From an uncultured Planctomycetota bacterium (GTDB taxonomy: Bacteria > Planctomycetota > Planctomycetia > Isosphaerales > Isosphaeraceae): a DNA stretch of 64,000 nt. The notes below the pieces were generated by a model that worked only from the letters and a program-made list of their open reading frames with translations, did no database searches and was not told where the DNA came from. The position numbers and the translations under genes are program-made. This document shows positions 49,202 through 58,801 of this stretch, in pieces. The number at the start of each line of letters is the position of its first letter. Within the stretch, counting starts at the first letter, position 1. The DNA is taken from NCBI GenBank assembly GCA_963737655.1, contig CAVTTN010000002.1, positions 3,904,001 through 3,968,000 of the forward strand, read 5' to 3'.

Positions 49202-50317
49202 TCAGGCGATCCCGGGCAGGCGGTCCGCCACTCCGGCCGATTCGAACGTGGCCATGTCGCGGAGGATGTCGGCGGCCGAGGCGATCAGGGGGAGGGCCAG
49301 GACGGCCCCGGAGCCTTCGCCGAGGCGGAGTTCCAGGTCGAGCAGGGGCTTGAGGCCGAGGGCCTCCAGAGCGATCCGGTGGCCGGGCTCGGTCCCGAGG
49401 TGAGCGGCGATCATCGAGCCGACGATCGACGGGCAGAGCCTGGCCGCGATCAGGCCGGCCGCCGTGCTGATCAGGCCGTCCAGGACCACCAGGGCCCCGT
49501 TCTGGGCGGCGCCGACGGCCGCACCGGCCATCGCGAGAATCTCGAAGCCGCCGATCCGGGCGAGCCAGTCCCAGCGGTCCCGGCAATCCGGGCCGTGGAG
49601 CCGCAAGGCCAGGTCCACGGCGTCGATCTTGCGACGGAGGCCGGCTTCATCCACGCCCGTGCCCCGGCCGACGACCGTTTCGGGCGACGCGCCGGTCATC
49701 GCGGCGATCAGGGCGGCGGCGGACGTGCTGTTGCCGATGCCCATCTCGCCCAGGGCCACGACGCGGACCCCCGGCGCCTCCTCGCCTTGCTTCGTCTCGG
49801 CGAAGGCGAGGTTTCGCCCCTGGAGGAACGCCCGAAACGCCTCGTCGCGGGTCATCGCGGGGCCTTCGAGGAAGTTGGACGTCCCTCGGCGGATCGGCCA
49901 GAAGACGACCCCGGGACCTCCGCGAGGGAGGAACGGCGGATGCTTCACGCCCATGTTCACCACGACCACCCGCGACCCGGCGCGTCGGGCCAGGATGTTG
50001 ACCGCGGCCCCTCCTCGGACGAAATTCGCCACCATCTGGCCGGTGACCGCCTGGGGATAGGCGCTCACGCCGGCCTCGGCCACGCCATGATCGGCGGCGA
50101 AGATCAGGACGACCGACGGCTCCCCGTCGGGCGCGGCGGTCCTCTGGAGCCCGGCGAGCTGGCGGCCGATTTCCAGGAGGCGGCCGAGGCTCCCGGTCGG
50201 CATCGTCAGCCGACCCTGCTTCTCGGCCGCGAGGGCCACCCAGGCCGGGTCGGGCGGGCCGACCGCGGCCAGGGCGACGTGGATCTCGGGGGGGACCGGC
50301 GTCGATTCGTCGCTCAT
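49202..50317 (-). CDS. cobT: Nicotinate-nucleotide--dimethylbenzimidazole phosphoribosyltransferase
   Basis: GSLGRL, FAADHGV, GEMGIGNST, GRGTG, GGFEI and LRLGEGSGA. Confidence 0.93.
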   Translation of the reverse strand: MSDESTPVPPEIHVALAAVGPPDPAWVALAAEKQGRLTMPTGSLGRLLEIGRQLAGLQRTAAPDGEPSVVLIFAADHGVAEAGVSAYPQAVTGQMVANFVRGGAAVNILARRAGSRVVVVNMGVKHPPFLPRGGPGVVFWPIRRGTSNFLEGPAMTRDEAFRAFLQGRNLAFAETKQGEEAPGVRVVALGEMGIGNSTSAAALIAAMTGASPETVVGRGTGVDEAGLRRKIDAVDLALRLHGPDCRDRWDWLARIGGFEILAMAGAAVGAAQNGALVVLDGLISTAAGLIAARLCPSIVGSMIAAHLGTEPGHRIALEALGLKPLLDLELRLGEGSGAVLALPLIASAADILRDMATFESAGVADRLPGIA

Positions 50318-50344
50318 CGTCGGCTCGGCTCGGCTCAGATCGGC

Positions 50345-50833
50345 TCAGATCACGATGGGCTTGCCCGAGGTCCGGCGGACGGCCACGAACTGGCCGACGT
50401 GCATCATCGTGTGCAGCCCCATGAAGTTGATCTTGTGGCCCACCGTCGGGCACATACCGTTGAAGGTGTTCTGCGGGGCCTCGCTCAGCGCGGCGTCATC
50501 GAGCCGGTCCAGGACGGCCAGGGTGGCGGCATACTGGTCGTCCCACACCTTCACGTATTCGTCCTTGGTCAGGTAGTTCGCCCCGGGGTTCGCGGCGGCC
50601 TCCTTGTTGTGCATGTCGTCGAACCCGTCGGGCAAGGCGGGGCACGACCCGGGCGAGATCTCTTCGATCACCTTCCGCTCGACCGAGAGCAGATGGCCCA
50701 GCTGCCAGGCGATCGGGTTCATCCCGGGGACGGGCCGGGCGAGGAGGTCCTCGTCGGAGAGGTCCTTGATGTAATCCTTGACGATGTGCGTGCTCGAGTT
50801 GAGCGTCTGGCGGATGATGTCCTTCGATTCCAC
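50345..50833 (-). CDS. DinB family protein
   Basis: NPIAWQLGHL...HTMMHVGQ His triad; GTG start. Confidence 0.85.
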   Translation of the reverse strand: MESKDIIRQTLNSSTHIVKDYIKDLSDEDLLARPVPGMNPIAWQLGHLLSVERKVIEEISPGSCPALPDGFDDMHNKEAAANPGANYLTKDEYVKVWDDQYAATLAVLDRLDDAALSEAPQNTFNGMCPTVGHKINFMGLHTMMHVGQFVAVRRTSGKPIVI

Positions 50834-50874
50834 GAGAAATCCCTCAAGGCGATGGAGAGTCGGGAGGCCCCGGA

Positions 50875-51927
50875 TCAGCGCGACGCCGCGCCCGGGGGCG
50901 TTCCCGTCGAGAAGTCCGCGATGAACAACTGCGATTTCTTGTCGGCCGTCCGCCCGCTGGACGTCCACATCAGCGTCTTGCCGTCGGGGCTGACGATCGG
51001 CAGGCCGTCGAACCCGTCGTGATACGTGATCCGCTCCTCCCGGCCGGTCTCGGTGTCCATCAGGTAGATCTCGTAATTCTGATGGCCGTGGCGGCTGGTG
51101 GCGTAGACGATGTGGCGGCTGTCGGGCAGGAACGACGGCCCCCAGTTCACGAATTCGTTGGACGTCAGGGCCCGTTCGGCGGTGCCTTCGGGGTTGTTGA
51201 TGAAGACCTGCAACAGGTCGTTGTCCTTGCGATCGCTCCGATAGATGATCTTCTTGCCGTCGGGCGAGAAGAACGGGCCGCCGTCGTAGCCCGGCTTGCT
51301 GGTGATCCGCTTCGGGTTCTTGCCGTCGGCGTCCATGATGTAGATCTCCGCGTTCCCGTCGCGGAAGGACGTGAAGATGATCTTCGATCCGTCCGGCGAG
51401 TACGAGCCCTCGGCGTCGTAGCCCGGGGTGTCGGTCAGGCGGACGAGGTGGGAGCCGTCGAGATCGGCCTTGAAGAGATCCATGCCCACCGGGAATTCCC
51501 ACTTGTACCGCTCGGTCCGGCTATACGCGGGACCCTTGGGGCCGGAGGGCGTCGGGTCCAGGTGCGAGGAGGCGAAGAGGATCGACTTGCCATCGGGGGC
51601 ATAGAACGCGCAGGTGCAGGCCCCCTTCCCCGTGCTCACCCGCTTCGGGACGGCGTTCTCGGCGAGGTCGGCGGTGTAGATCTGGTAATCGGTCTCGTTG
51701 TCGGTGGGCGAGTGGAAGATCGACGGCGGGACGTTCGGGACGGCCTGGAAGATGATCGCCTTGCCGTCGGGCCGGAAGTAGCCCTCGCCGGCCTTGTTGA
51801 ACCCGTAGGTGACCTGGCGGACGTTCGTGAGATGCCGGGCCTCGCTCGCGGCGTCCTCGGCCGTCTGGACGGGTCCGGCGGCGGGCCTCTGGCCCAGGGC
51901 AGCCGAGAGGACGAGGAGCGTCAGCAT
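50875..51927 (-). CDS. TolB-like (PD40) beta-propeller exported protein
   Basis: AGEGYF.PDG, GYDAEGSYSPDG, GYDGGPFFSPDG and FDGLP..SPDG. Confidence 0.85.
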   Translation of the reverse strand: MLTLLVLSAALGQRPAAGPVQTAEDAASEARHLTNVRQVTYGFNKAGEGYFRPDGKAIIFQAVPNVPPSIFHSPTDNETDYQIYTADLAENAVPKRVSTGKGACTCAFYAPDGKSILFASSHLDPTPSGPKGPAYSRTERYKWEFPVGMDLFKADLDGSHLVRLTDTPGYDAEGSYSPDGSKIIFTSFRDGNAEIYIMDADGKNPKRITSKPGYDGGPFFSPDGKKIIYRSDRKDNDLLQVFINNPEGTAERALTSNEFVNWGPSFLPDSRHIVYATSRHGHQNYEIYLMDTETGREERITYHDGFDGLPIVSPDGKTLMWTSSGRTADKKSQLFIADFSTGTPPGAASR

Positions 51928-51999
51928 GGCGAGGGTTCCTTCGGTGGGCTTCGGAGGGCTTCCGAGTGCTGAGGGCCGAGCTGAGTGCTGAGTTTGGTT

Positions 52000-52020
52000 G
52001 GTGCATTTCATGCACCCTAC
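52000..52020 (-). repeat. Single GTAG REP copy
   Basis: GGTGCATTTCATGCACCCTAC, preceded by degenerate GCTGAGT heptamers at 51964-51993. Confidence 0.88.
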
Positions 52021-52175
52021 GTGAGGGTGTGTTTCCTGCACCGGATTTAGGGCTCTTCCTTCAGCGGCGCGGGGGATTGCACTCGCTCGACGGGTTTCCG
52101 GCTTTCGCTTGCGTGCCTAGTATAGGCCCGTCGGTCCCGGGAGCCAACCTCCTACCCCGTTCGGAGCGCCCGCCC

Positions 52176-52718
52176 TTGAAGATTTATACGAAGACCGGCG
52201 ACGACGGCCGCACCGGATTGCTCGGGCCTGGCCGGGTGGGCAAGGATAGCCCTCGGATCGAGGCGTATGGGACCGTCGATGAGCTGAACGCCGTGATCGG
52301 CGTGGCGCGGACGACCGGGATCGACGAATCGGCCGATCTCCTGCTGGCGAAGGTCCAGGATGATCTTTTTGCGGTCGGCGCGGCGCTGGCGGACCCCGAC
52401 CCCTCGGGTCGGTTTCACAACGCGGTCGGTCCGGAGCGCTCGGCCGCTCTGGAACGGGCGATCGACGCTCTCGAGGCCGAGCTGACGCCCCTGACCCAGT
52501 TCATCTTGCCGGGAGGCTCGCCCTCGGCGGCCCATTTGCACCTGGCCCGGACCGTCTGCCGGAGGGCCGAGCGGCTCGTGGTCGCCCTGGCCCATCGCGA
52601 CCCCGTGCCGCCCGACCTGATCGTCTATCTCAATCGCCTGAGCGACTTCCTGTTCGTCCTGGCGAGGGCCGTGAACCGCCGAGGCGGAGTGGCCGACGTC
52701 CCCTGGAGCGGCCTATGA
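52176..52718 (+). CDS. ATP:cob(I)alamin adenosyltransferase, PduO type
   Basis: KIYTKTGDDG.T, AYGTVDELN, FILPGG, ARTVCRRAER and YLNRLSD. Confidence 0.92.
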   Translation: MKIYTKTGDDGRTGLLGPGRVGKDSPRIEAYGTVDELNAVIGVARTTGIDESADLLLAKVQDDLFAVGAALADPDPSGRFHNAVGPERSAALERAIDALEAELTPLTQFILPGGSPSAAHLHLARTVCRRAERLVVALAHRDPVPPDLIVYLNRLSDFLFVLARAVNRRGGVADVPWSGL

Positions 52719-53479
52719 ACCTGGCGGGCAAGACGGTCCTGATCACCGGAGGCCGGCGAGTCGGCTCCGAACTCGCCCGGGACCTCGCCTCGGCCGGCGC
52801 CCGGATCGCGATGACGTATCACCGGGGCCGCGAGGCGATCGAGGCCACGATCCGGGACGTGGAGGCGCTCGGGGCCGAGGGGATCGCCGTCCGGGCCGAC
52901 CTGTCCGACCCCGATCAGGCGGATCGGGCCGTCGCGAAGGTCGTCGAACGATTCGGCCGCCTCGACGCCCTGGTGAACATGGTGAGCGTCTTCGAGCGAG
53001 TCCCCTTCGCCGATCTCCGTCCCGAACATTTTCACGCGATGATCGCCGCCAACCTGACGGCGCCCTACTTCGCGGCGATCGCGGCGAGCCGGACCATGCT
53101 CACGAATTCGCCCGAAGGTGCGTTGAAAGGGAAGATCGTGAACATGGGCGACGTGGCGACCGATCGGCCGGGCCGAGGGCAGCTCCCCTATCTGATCGCC
53201 AAGGGCGGTTTGACGACGATGACGCTCGCCCTGGCCCGCGAGCTCGCCCCGTTCGTGACGGTGAACCTGGTCCAGCCCTCGACGATCGACCCTCCGCCGG
53301 GGACGTCCGCCTTCGAGCTCGACCAGATCGCCGAAGCCTCCCCCTTGAAGCGACTCGGGACGCCCGGGGATGCCAATCGCCTGATCCGCTTCCTGCTCGA
53401 AGGCACCGACTTCGCCACCGGAGGCTGCTACCGGATCGACGGCGGGCGGTTCCTCGGGACCGACGATCCTCGCGACTGA
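52715..53479 (+). CDS. Short-chain dehydrogenase/reductase (pteridine reductase-like)
   Basis: LITGGRRVG, GRLDALVN, YLIAK and IDGGR; ATGA overlap. Confidence 0.85.
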   Translation: MNLAGKTVLITGGRRVGSELARDLASAGARIAMTYHRGREAIEATIRDVEALGAEGIAVRADLSDPDQADRAVAKVVERFGRLDALVNMVSVFERVPFADLRPEHFHAMIAANLTAPYFAAIAASRTMLTNSPEGALKGKIVNMGDVATDRPGRGQLPYLIAKGGLTTMTLALARELAPFVTVNLVQPSTIDPPPGTSAFELDQIAEASPLKRLGTPGDANRLIRFLLEGTDFATGGCYRIDGGRFLGTDDPRD

Positions 53480-53487
53480 ACGGCGGC

Positions 53488-54015
53488 TCAGCGGACCGCG
53501 AGCCGCCTTCGTCCGTAGATCGCGTCGTCCAGGACGTCGCCGATCCGGCCGCCGTGGCTGATCTTGAGTCGGGGGTTGCGGGCCGTCCTGGGCAGCTCGA
53601 AGACGAGCTCGCTCGTGGCGGACGCGCCGGCGGGAAGAGGCGCCGTCAGGGGATCGGGCGTGCCCCGGGCGCGATCGAGAATCGCCTGCCCTTCGGGCGA
53701 AATGCCGGATTCCCGCCCGTCGTCCCCGACCATCACCGCCACCCGGCGATCGAACCGATAGGGCACGCGCCGGGCCTGGTTCTCGACCTTCAGGGTGACG
53801 ATCAGGAACGTCCTGGGCCGGTTCTCGACCGTCCATTCGGCCTCCCGACTCCCCAGGACGGAGAAGCGGAAGTCGTCAAACCGGATCGGCCGGGTCGTCC
53901 CGTACACGACCTCGGGCGCCAGCCAGGCCCGGAGGCCGATCGCCAGGAACGCGATCAGGACGGCCGTCACCAGCCCTCGCCGCCATCGCTTCGTCGCGGG
54001 CCGAACCTCGCTCAT
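53488..54015 (-). CDS. Membrane-anchored DUF4352-like protein
   Basis: N-terminal TM, FLIVTLKVEN and LPAGASATSELVFELP. Confidence 0.6.
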   Translation of the reverse strand: MSEVRPATKRWRRGLVTAVLIAFLAIGLRAWLAPEVVYGTTRPIRFDDFRFSVLGSREAEWTVENRPRTFLIVTLKVENQARRVPYRFDRRVAVMVGDDGRESGISPEGQAILDRARGTPDPLTAPLPAGASATSELVFELPRTARNPRLKISHGGRIGDVLDDAIYGRRRLAVR

Positions 54016-54914
54016 CGCGAACCCTCCCTCGCGCCGAACCCCACCGGGGCCGCATCGTTCCACTCGCTGAGGTTGCGGGCGATCGCCTCGATTTCCTCCT
54101 GGACGGCGTCAATCGTGGAGTCCAGGGTCGAGGTCCCGGCGGTCAGGCCGATGGTCTCGAACCCGTCGAACCAGTCCGGGTCGAGGTCGCCCGGCCCCTG
54201 GACGTGGACGGTCGGGACCCCTCGGGCCCGGCAGGTCGCGACCAGTTCCTTCGTGTTGTTCGAGGTCTTCCCGCCGACGACCACCACGGCGTCGACCCGC
54301 TCCAGGAGGCGGTCCAGGGCCCGTTGATGATCCTTCGTCGGTCGGCAAACGGTGTCCACGAACCGGACCTCGGCATGAGGATTTGCCCGTTCGATCGCCT
54401 CGACGACCGTCTTGACCGTGGCCTGGGTCGCGGTGGTCTGGCAGACGATCCCGAGGCGGTCGGCCTCATAGGTCCGGACGTGATCGGCCGAAGCGACGAC
54501 TTCGAAGCGGTCGAGATCGCCGGTCAGGCCGAGCACCTCGACGTGCCCCGGCTTGCCGATCACCAGGACGAAATAGCCGAGGTCGCGCAGGACCAGGGCC
54601 GCCTGATGGGCGCGGGTCACGAGGGGGCAAGTCGTGTCGATCAGCCTCTTGCCGGCCGATTCGAGCCGGGCCCTCTCCGAGTCGCTCACGCCGTGGGCCG
54701 TGATCAGGACGACGGGCGTGGCGGGCAGGGCCTCGCGATCGGCCTCGGACCGCCGGGCGAACCCCCGGGCGTCGAGCTGATGAAGGACGGCCTCGTTATG
54801 AACCAGGTCCCCGTGGATCGTGACCGAGCCCGGGTCGTCGATCGAGTCGAGGACCGCGAGGGCGTCGCGGACCCCGAAACACATCCCCAGCACCTCCGGC
54901 CGGATCACCCTCAT
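54012..54914 (-). CDS. ispH: 4-hydroxy-3-methylbut-2-enyl diphosphate reductase
   Basis: GMCFGV, VHN, TAHG, DTTCPLV, HVEV, QTT, TVC and SNNT. Confidence 0.93.
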   Translation of the reverse strand: MRVIRPEVLGMCFGVRDALAVLDSIDDPGSVTIHGDLVHNEAVLHQLDARGFARRSEADREALPATPVVLITAHGVSDSERARLESAGKRLIDTTCPLVTRAHQAALVLRDLGYFVLVIGKPGHVEVLGLTGDLDRFEVVASADHVRTYEADRLGIVCQTTATQATVKTVVEAIERANPHAEVRFVDTVCRPTKDHQRALDRLLERVDAVVVVGGKTSNNTKELVATCRARGVPTVHVQGPGDLDPDWFDGFETIGLTAGTSTLDSTIDAVQEEIEAIARNLSEWNDAAPVGFGAREGSR

Positions 54915-55039
54915 CGTCAGGCCTCCTGCGGACTTCAGGGAACAAGGTTCTTTGCAGAGCAAAGCATCAAGGCCCAAACAAGGCCCGCAAGACGCGGGCC
55001 CACCGAACATCCTCACTCACTCAAATCCCTCGAAACCCA

Positions 55040-55095
55040 CCACTGCCCACTGCCCACTGCTTCCTGCCCACTGCCCACTGCCCACTGCCCACTAC
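55040..55095. repeat. Heptamer tandem repeat (CCACTGC)n, same family as 9486
   Basis: 8 units, two of them degenerate. Confidence 0.9.
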
Positions 55096-55106
55096 TGTAG
55101 GACAAA

Positions 55107-55520
55107 TCAGGCCGGCGACCAGCCCTCGGCGACCTTCGGGGCGGGCGCCCCCTGGCGGGCGGCGGCCAGCGCGTCGGCGATGACGTTTTCGAGCTCGGCG
55201 AGGTAGTCGAGGAATCGCCGACGGCCTTCGTCGGTGAGCCGGCAGAGGGTCTGCGGCCTCTTGTGGGAATAGCCCTTCCAGACTTCCACGAGCCCCTCGT
55301 CATGAAGGACCTGGAGATGGCGGCTGAGGTTGCCGTCGGTCAGGGCGCAGAGGTCCTTCAGGTCGCCGAAGAGGAGGCCCCGGGGATGCGAGGCCAGCGA
55401 CGTCATGATGCCGAGCCGGGCCTTCTCGTGGATCGCGCGTTCGAGGCCGTCGTACGCGAATCGGCCCGAGGGATTCGGCTCGACCGGCGCGGCCTGGGGA
55501 TCGGCTTTACGCTTCGACAT
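55107..55520 (-). CDS. Winged-helix transcriptional regulator (HTH_34-like)
   Basis: IHEKARLGIM, LTDGNLSRHL and T..RLTDEGR. Confidence 0.85.
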   Translation of the reverse strand: MSKRKADPQAAPVEPNPSGRFAYDGLERAIHEKARLGIMTSLASHPRGLLFGDLKDLCALTDGNLSRHLQVLHDEGLVEVWKGYSHKRPQTLCRLTDEGRRRFLDYLAELENVIADALAAARQGAPAPKVAEGWSPA

Positions 55521-56115
55521 CGCCCCTCTCCAGGTTCCAGTAAAGCACCGCCGCCGCCAGGATCTGCCCCACGCCGAAGGGCAAGCCCATCGCCCAGGGA
55601 GAGAGGGCCGCCGGTCCCAGGCCGACCACGAAGAGGCCGGTCGCCAGGTAGAACGCGGCCACCAACCACGTCGCCCTCGGCAACAGCCGGCACGACGCGA
55701 ACACGCCCAGGCCGAACAGGATCTGCCACAACCCCGGCAAGAGCGAGAACGCCTCGGGGACCGACCGGACGATCACCGCCGTGAGCAAGCCGCCGGCCAC
55801 CACGCTGGGGGCGAACTGCTCCAGGGCCAGCCGGGTGACCTCTCGACTCCACGACGACGCGATCAGCCGCCTCCGAGCCGCGATCCCCAGGCCCGCCGCC
55901 ACCCCGCTGACCACCGCCGCCCCGATCCACAGGCCCAGATACGCCGCCTTCTGGCCGCTCGGATCGCCGATCCAGCCAGTCTGGACCACCGCCGCCAGCA
56001 TCGCCAGCCCGCCCGAGGCCGCCACCGGACCGGCCCGATACCCGCGGAAGACCTCCGTCCTCGCCATCTGCTGGCGGATCTCGGCGATCTGCGACAAGGC
56101 GTCATGCAGGTCCAT
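55507..56115 (-). CDS. Hypothetical membrane protein coupled to the regulator
   Basis: MDLHDALSQIAEIRQQMAR followed by about 6 TMs; overlaps the regulator start. Confidence 0.8.
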   Translation of the reverse strand: MDLHDALSQIAEIRQQMARTEVFRGYRAGPVAASGGLAMLAAVVQTGWIGDPSGQKAAYLGLWIGAAVVSGVAAGLGIAARRRLIASSWSREVTRLALEQFAPSVVAGGLLTAVIVRSVPEAFSLLPGLWQILFGLGVFASCRLLPRATWLVAAFYLATGLFVVGLGPAALSPWAMGLPFGVGQILAAAVLYWNLERGDVEA

Positions 56116-56202
56116 CGCGGCCCCTCGGTGGATTGCTTTGCGATGTAAAGTATCCGCGCGGAGGGCCGTTGTCAAGGGGCCCCTTTCCCGAATGGTCGCC
56201 GA

Positions 56203-57300
56203 TCACTCCAGACTCCGGATGTACGACAGGACCTCCTCGACGTCCGACACGACCGCCCCGGGGACCCGGCCCCTCCGATCGAGCTCTCGGAGGAGCATCA
56301 GGTCGTCGAAGTCCTCATGGTTCTGGAGCCGGACCCGGGCCCGATGCCCGAGGGTGCCGTCGCGGAGGGCGTGGGCCTCCATGTGGTGGGCGATCAGGAA
56401 TTCGGTCCGGGGGGTGATGGCGCCGTCGAGCGCGTCGAGGGCGGCCCCGACGTGGTCGTGGGGGTCGATCGCCTTGCCGACGTCGTGGAGGAGGGCCGCC
56501 AGGAGGAATTCCTCGTCGTACGGGCGTTCCTCGCGGGCGAGCTCGAAGACCTGGAGGCTGTGATAGAGGGCGTCCCCCTCGGGATGCCATTTCGCGGGCT
56601 GTTTCACGCCTTCCAGGGGCTTCAGGAGGCCGCGGAAGAGGTCGATCGGGTCGGGGATTTCGCCGTCGTCGTCGGATTCGAGGGCGTCGGCGTCGAACTC
56701 GGGGTCGTCCTCCTTCAAGAGCGCCTCGAGCTCGGCGATCGAGGCCCGCTCGATCGCCTTGCCGGTGATCGAGCTCTTGAAGACGTAGGAGAGCTTGTCC
56801 TCGGGGTAGACCGTCAGCTCGAAGTTGTGGCGGTCGAAGACGTGGACGTGGGTGAAGACGCGGGCCTCGTTGTGCTTGACCACGCGCTTCTGCTCGACGT
56901 CGTACTCGAAGCCCATCTCCGAGAGGGCGTCGGTCACGAGGGCGAGGCTGTCGGTGAAGACGTGGAGGTCGATGTCCGACCCTTCGCGGACGTGCCCCGT
57001 GCGGACGCTGCCGATCAGGCGGGGGCGGAACCTCGCCAGGAGCTTCATCATCCGCAACGCCGCCAGGCGCATCTCCTTCAGCCGGTCGAGGCGTTTGGGC
57101 CCCTCGTGCATCCGGGCGAAGCTCTGGATCTGGTCGCGGATTTCTCGGTTGGTGGGCAGGTCGGCCGGTCGGTGCCGGTACTCGACGCCCAACTGCTTGG
57201 CGGCCTTGCGCTTGGCGGTGAAGTACTCGGATTCGGTCCGGGCGTACATCATCTGCGCGGCGAGGAAGGCGATCTGCCGCCGGATTCGTTCGTCGGCCAT
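56203..57300 (-). CDS. Pol-beta-type nucleotidyltransferase fused to an HD domain
   Basis: LIGSVRTG...SDIDLH (GS..DxD), then HPEGDALYHSLQV, LLHDVGK, HH and D. Confidence 0.8.
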   Translation of the reverse strand: MADERIRRQIAFLAAQMMYARTESEYFTAKRKAAKQLGVEYRHRPADLPTNREIRDQIQSFARMHEGPKRLDRLKEMRLAALRMMKLLARFRPRLIGSVRTGHVREGSDIDLHVFTDSLALVTDALSEMGFEYDVEQKRVVKHNEARVFTHVHVFDRHNFELTVYPEDKLSYVFKSSITGKAIERASIAELEALLKEDDPEFDADALESDDDGEIPDPIDLFRGLLKPLEGVKQPAKWHPEGDALYHSLQVFELAREERPYDEEFLLAALLHDVGKAIDPHDHVGAALDALDGAITPRTEFLIAHHMEAHALRDGTLGHRARVRLQNHEDFDDLMLLRELDRRGRVPGAVVSDVEEVLSYIRSLE

Positions 57301-57727
57301 GTCGAAGCGTGCGCCGAGTTCAGCCCATCGATGCGGCGCGGGGCGGGCAAGCCGACCCTGGGCCGGGAAGTCGGCCGGGATCGAGGTCGGTTGCCGGGCG
57401 GACCGTGGAATCGGGCCGCACGACCCATCATGCGTCCGGGACCGTCCCGGGTCAAGCGGGGAAAAGATCGGAACAGGCCCAATCCTTGCGTGTTCTAGAG
57501 TTTCAGGAGGCCATTCGGCACCATTCCATCAACCCGGCCCTAGATTCACGCATGGATGCAGTCTAAACTGGGGGAGACGGATTGGGATCGCGGGAACCGG
57601 GGATATCGATTATTCTCGGGGGCCGGCTCGATGCGATGAGTGGGCAGTCCGAGCTTCGATTTTGGGCGGAGCCAGCCCGGTTGGTTCGGAAACGCGTGGG
57701 ATCGTCCCGTTCCGGAGGCCGTGAACC

Positions 57728-58513
57728 TTGAAGGGCGAGGCGCGAAAAGTTCGGAAGCGGTCGTATCGCCCGAAGGTCGAGGCGCTGGAAGCGCTGCGGC
57801 TCCTGGACGCGAGCGCCCCGACGATCGCCCTGCCGGCGGCGGATCTCTCGGTGGTGGCCGGCGGCTCGGCGCCGATCGAATCCTCCTCGGGCCACGACGC
57901 CTGGGACGCCGCCCTGAGCGAGGCGAGGCTCGCCGACTTCCTGACGACGACCGACCAGACCTCGGCCTCGCTCGTCAACCCGGACGCCGTCGCCTCCGGC
58001 CTCTCGCAGCTCGACCGCTACCTGAACCGGACGTGGTACCGCGCCGGGGTTCCGGCCCAGGCCCATGATGACAGCACCCAGGCGGTCTACACGATCCTCC
58101 TCCAGCAATGGGGCCGGGGTCCGTTCGACCAGATGCTCGCGGACGTGGGGACCTTCGGGGTCCGCGAAGTCTTCAGCCGCGACACGCCGGATGGCCCCGA
58201 CTTCTTCCGGGCGATCGACACGGTCAAGAAGCGAACCCAGCGCGAGAAGAATTTCCAGTCGCTGGACGCCGGGGCGAACATCGCGGCGGCCGGGACCGAT
58301 GGCGCGGCCGAGGCCTGGCGAGGCGCCCTCCAGGAGGCGATCTCCAAGAACCTCAATGCCCGGGAAGCCGCCCTGATCCAGGCCACCATCCAGGGCCAGA
58401 CTCCGGCGGAGATCGCCCAGCAATGGGGCGTTGCGCCGAAGACCGTCAGCAACGAGAAGACTCGGGCCATCCAGAAGCTCAGGGAAGCCCTGGTCGCCGA
58501 CCTCTCCGACTGA
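57728..58513 (+). CDS. Sigma70-family (ECF-like) factor with an unusual N-terminus
   Basis: Region 4 LNAREAALI...GQTPAEIAQQWGVAPKTVSNEKTRAIQKLR and a degenerate region 2 (DDSTQAVY); start uncertain. Confidence 0.7.
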   Translation: MKGEARKVRKRSYRPKVEALEALRLLDASAPTIALPAADLSVVAGGSAPIESSSGHDAWDAALSEARLADFLTTTDQTSASLVNPDAVASGLSQLDRYLNRTWYRAGVPAQAHDDSTQAVYTILLQQWGRGPFDQMLADVGTFGVREVFSRDTPDGPDFFRAIDTVKKRTQREKNFQSLDAGANIAAAGTDGAAEAWRGALQEAISKNLNAREAALIQATIQGQTPAEIAQQWGVAPKTVSNEKTRAIQKLREALVADLSD

Positions 58514-58581
58514 CCGCCGGAAGCGTCCCGCCTCCAAAAAGGGAAGCGAAGGACGCCCCCGAAAGTGCGCGCCCGGGCCGA

Positions 58582-58800
58582 TTATTCCGCCGTCGAGCCG
58601 AATTCGGTGGAAGGCACGATCGTCCCGGCCGATTCGGGCCGGGTCGGGTCGTCGGGCTGGCCGTCCTTCGGCATGTCGGGAGGGAGGCTGGCGGAGTCGG
58701 GGCCGACCTCCGGCGCGTCCTTGCCGTGCTGGACGTCGCGCTCGCCGAAGATTTTCTCGAAGTTCGGGAAGCCGTACTTGCGGACGATGGGGCCGCTCAT
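58582..58800 (-). CDS. Small hypothetical protein (72 aa)
   Basis: MSGPIVRKYGFPNFEKIFG...; ATG 1 nt after the upstream stop, with a GGAG SD. Confidence 0.55.
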   Translation of the reverse strand: MSGPIVRKYGFPNFEKIFGERDVQHGKDAPEVGPDSASLPPDMPKDGQPDDPTRPESAGTIVPSTEFGSTAE

Positions 58801-58801
58801 G

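Noticed and set aside
51928..52175. Cobalamin riboswitch between the cob-related operons
   Set aside because: No recognisable B12 box; much of the gap is repeats.
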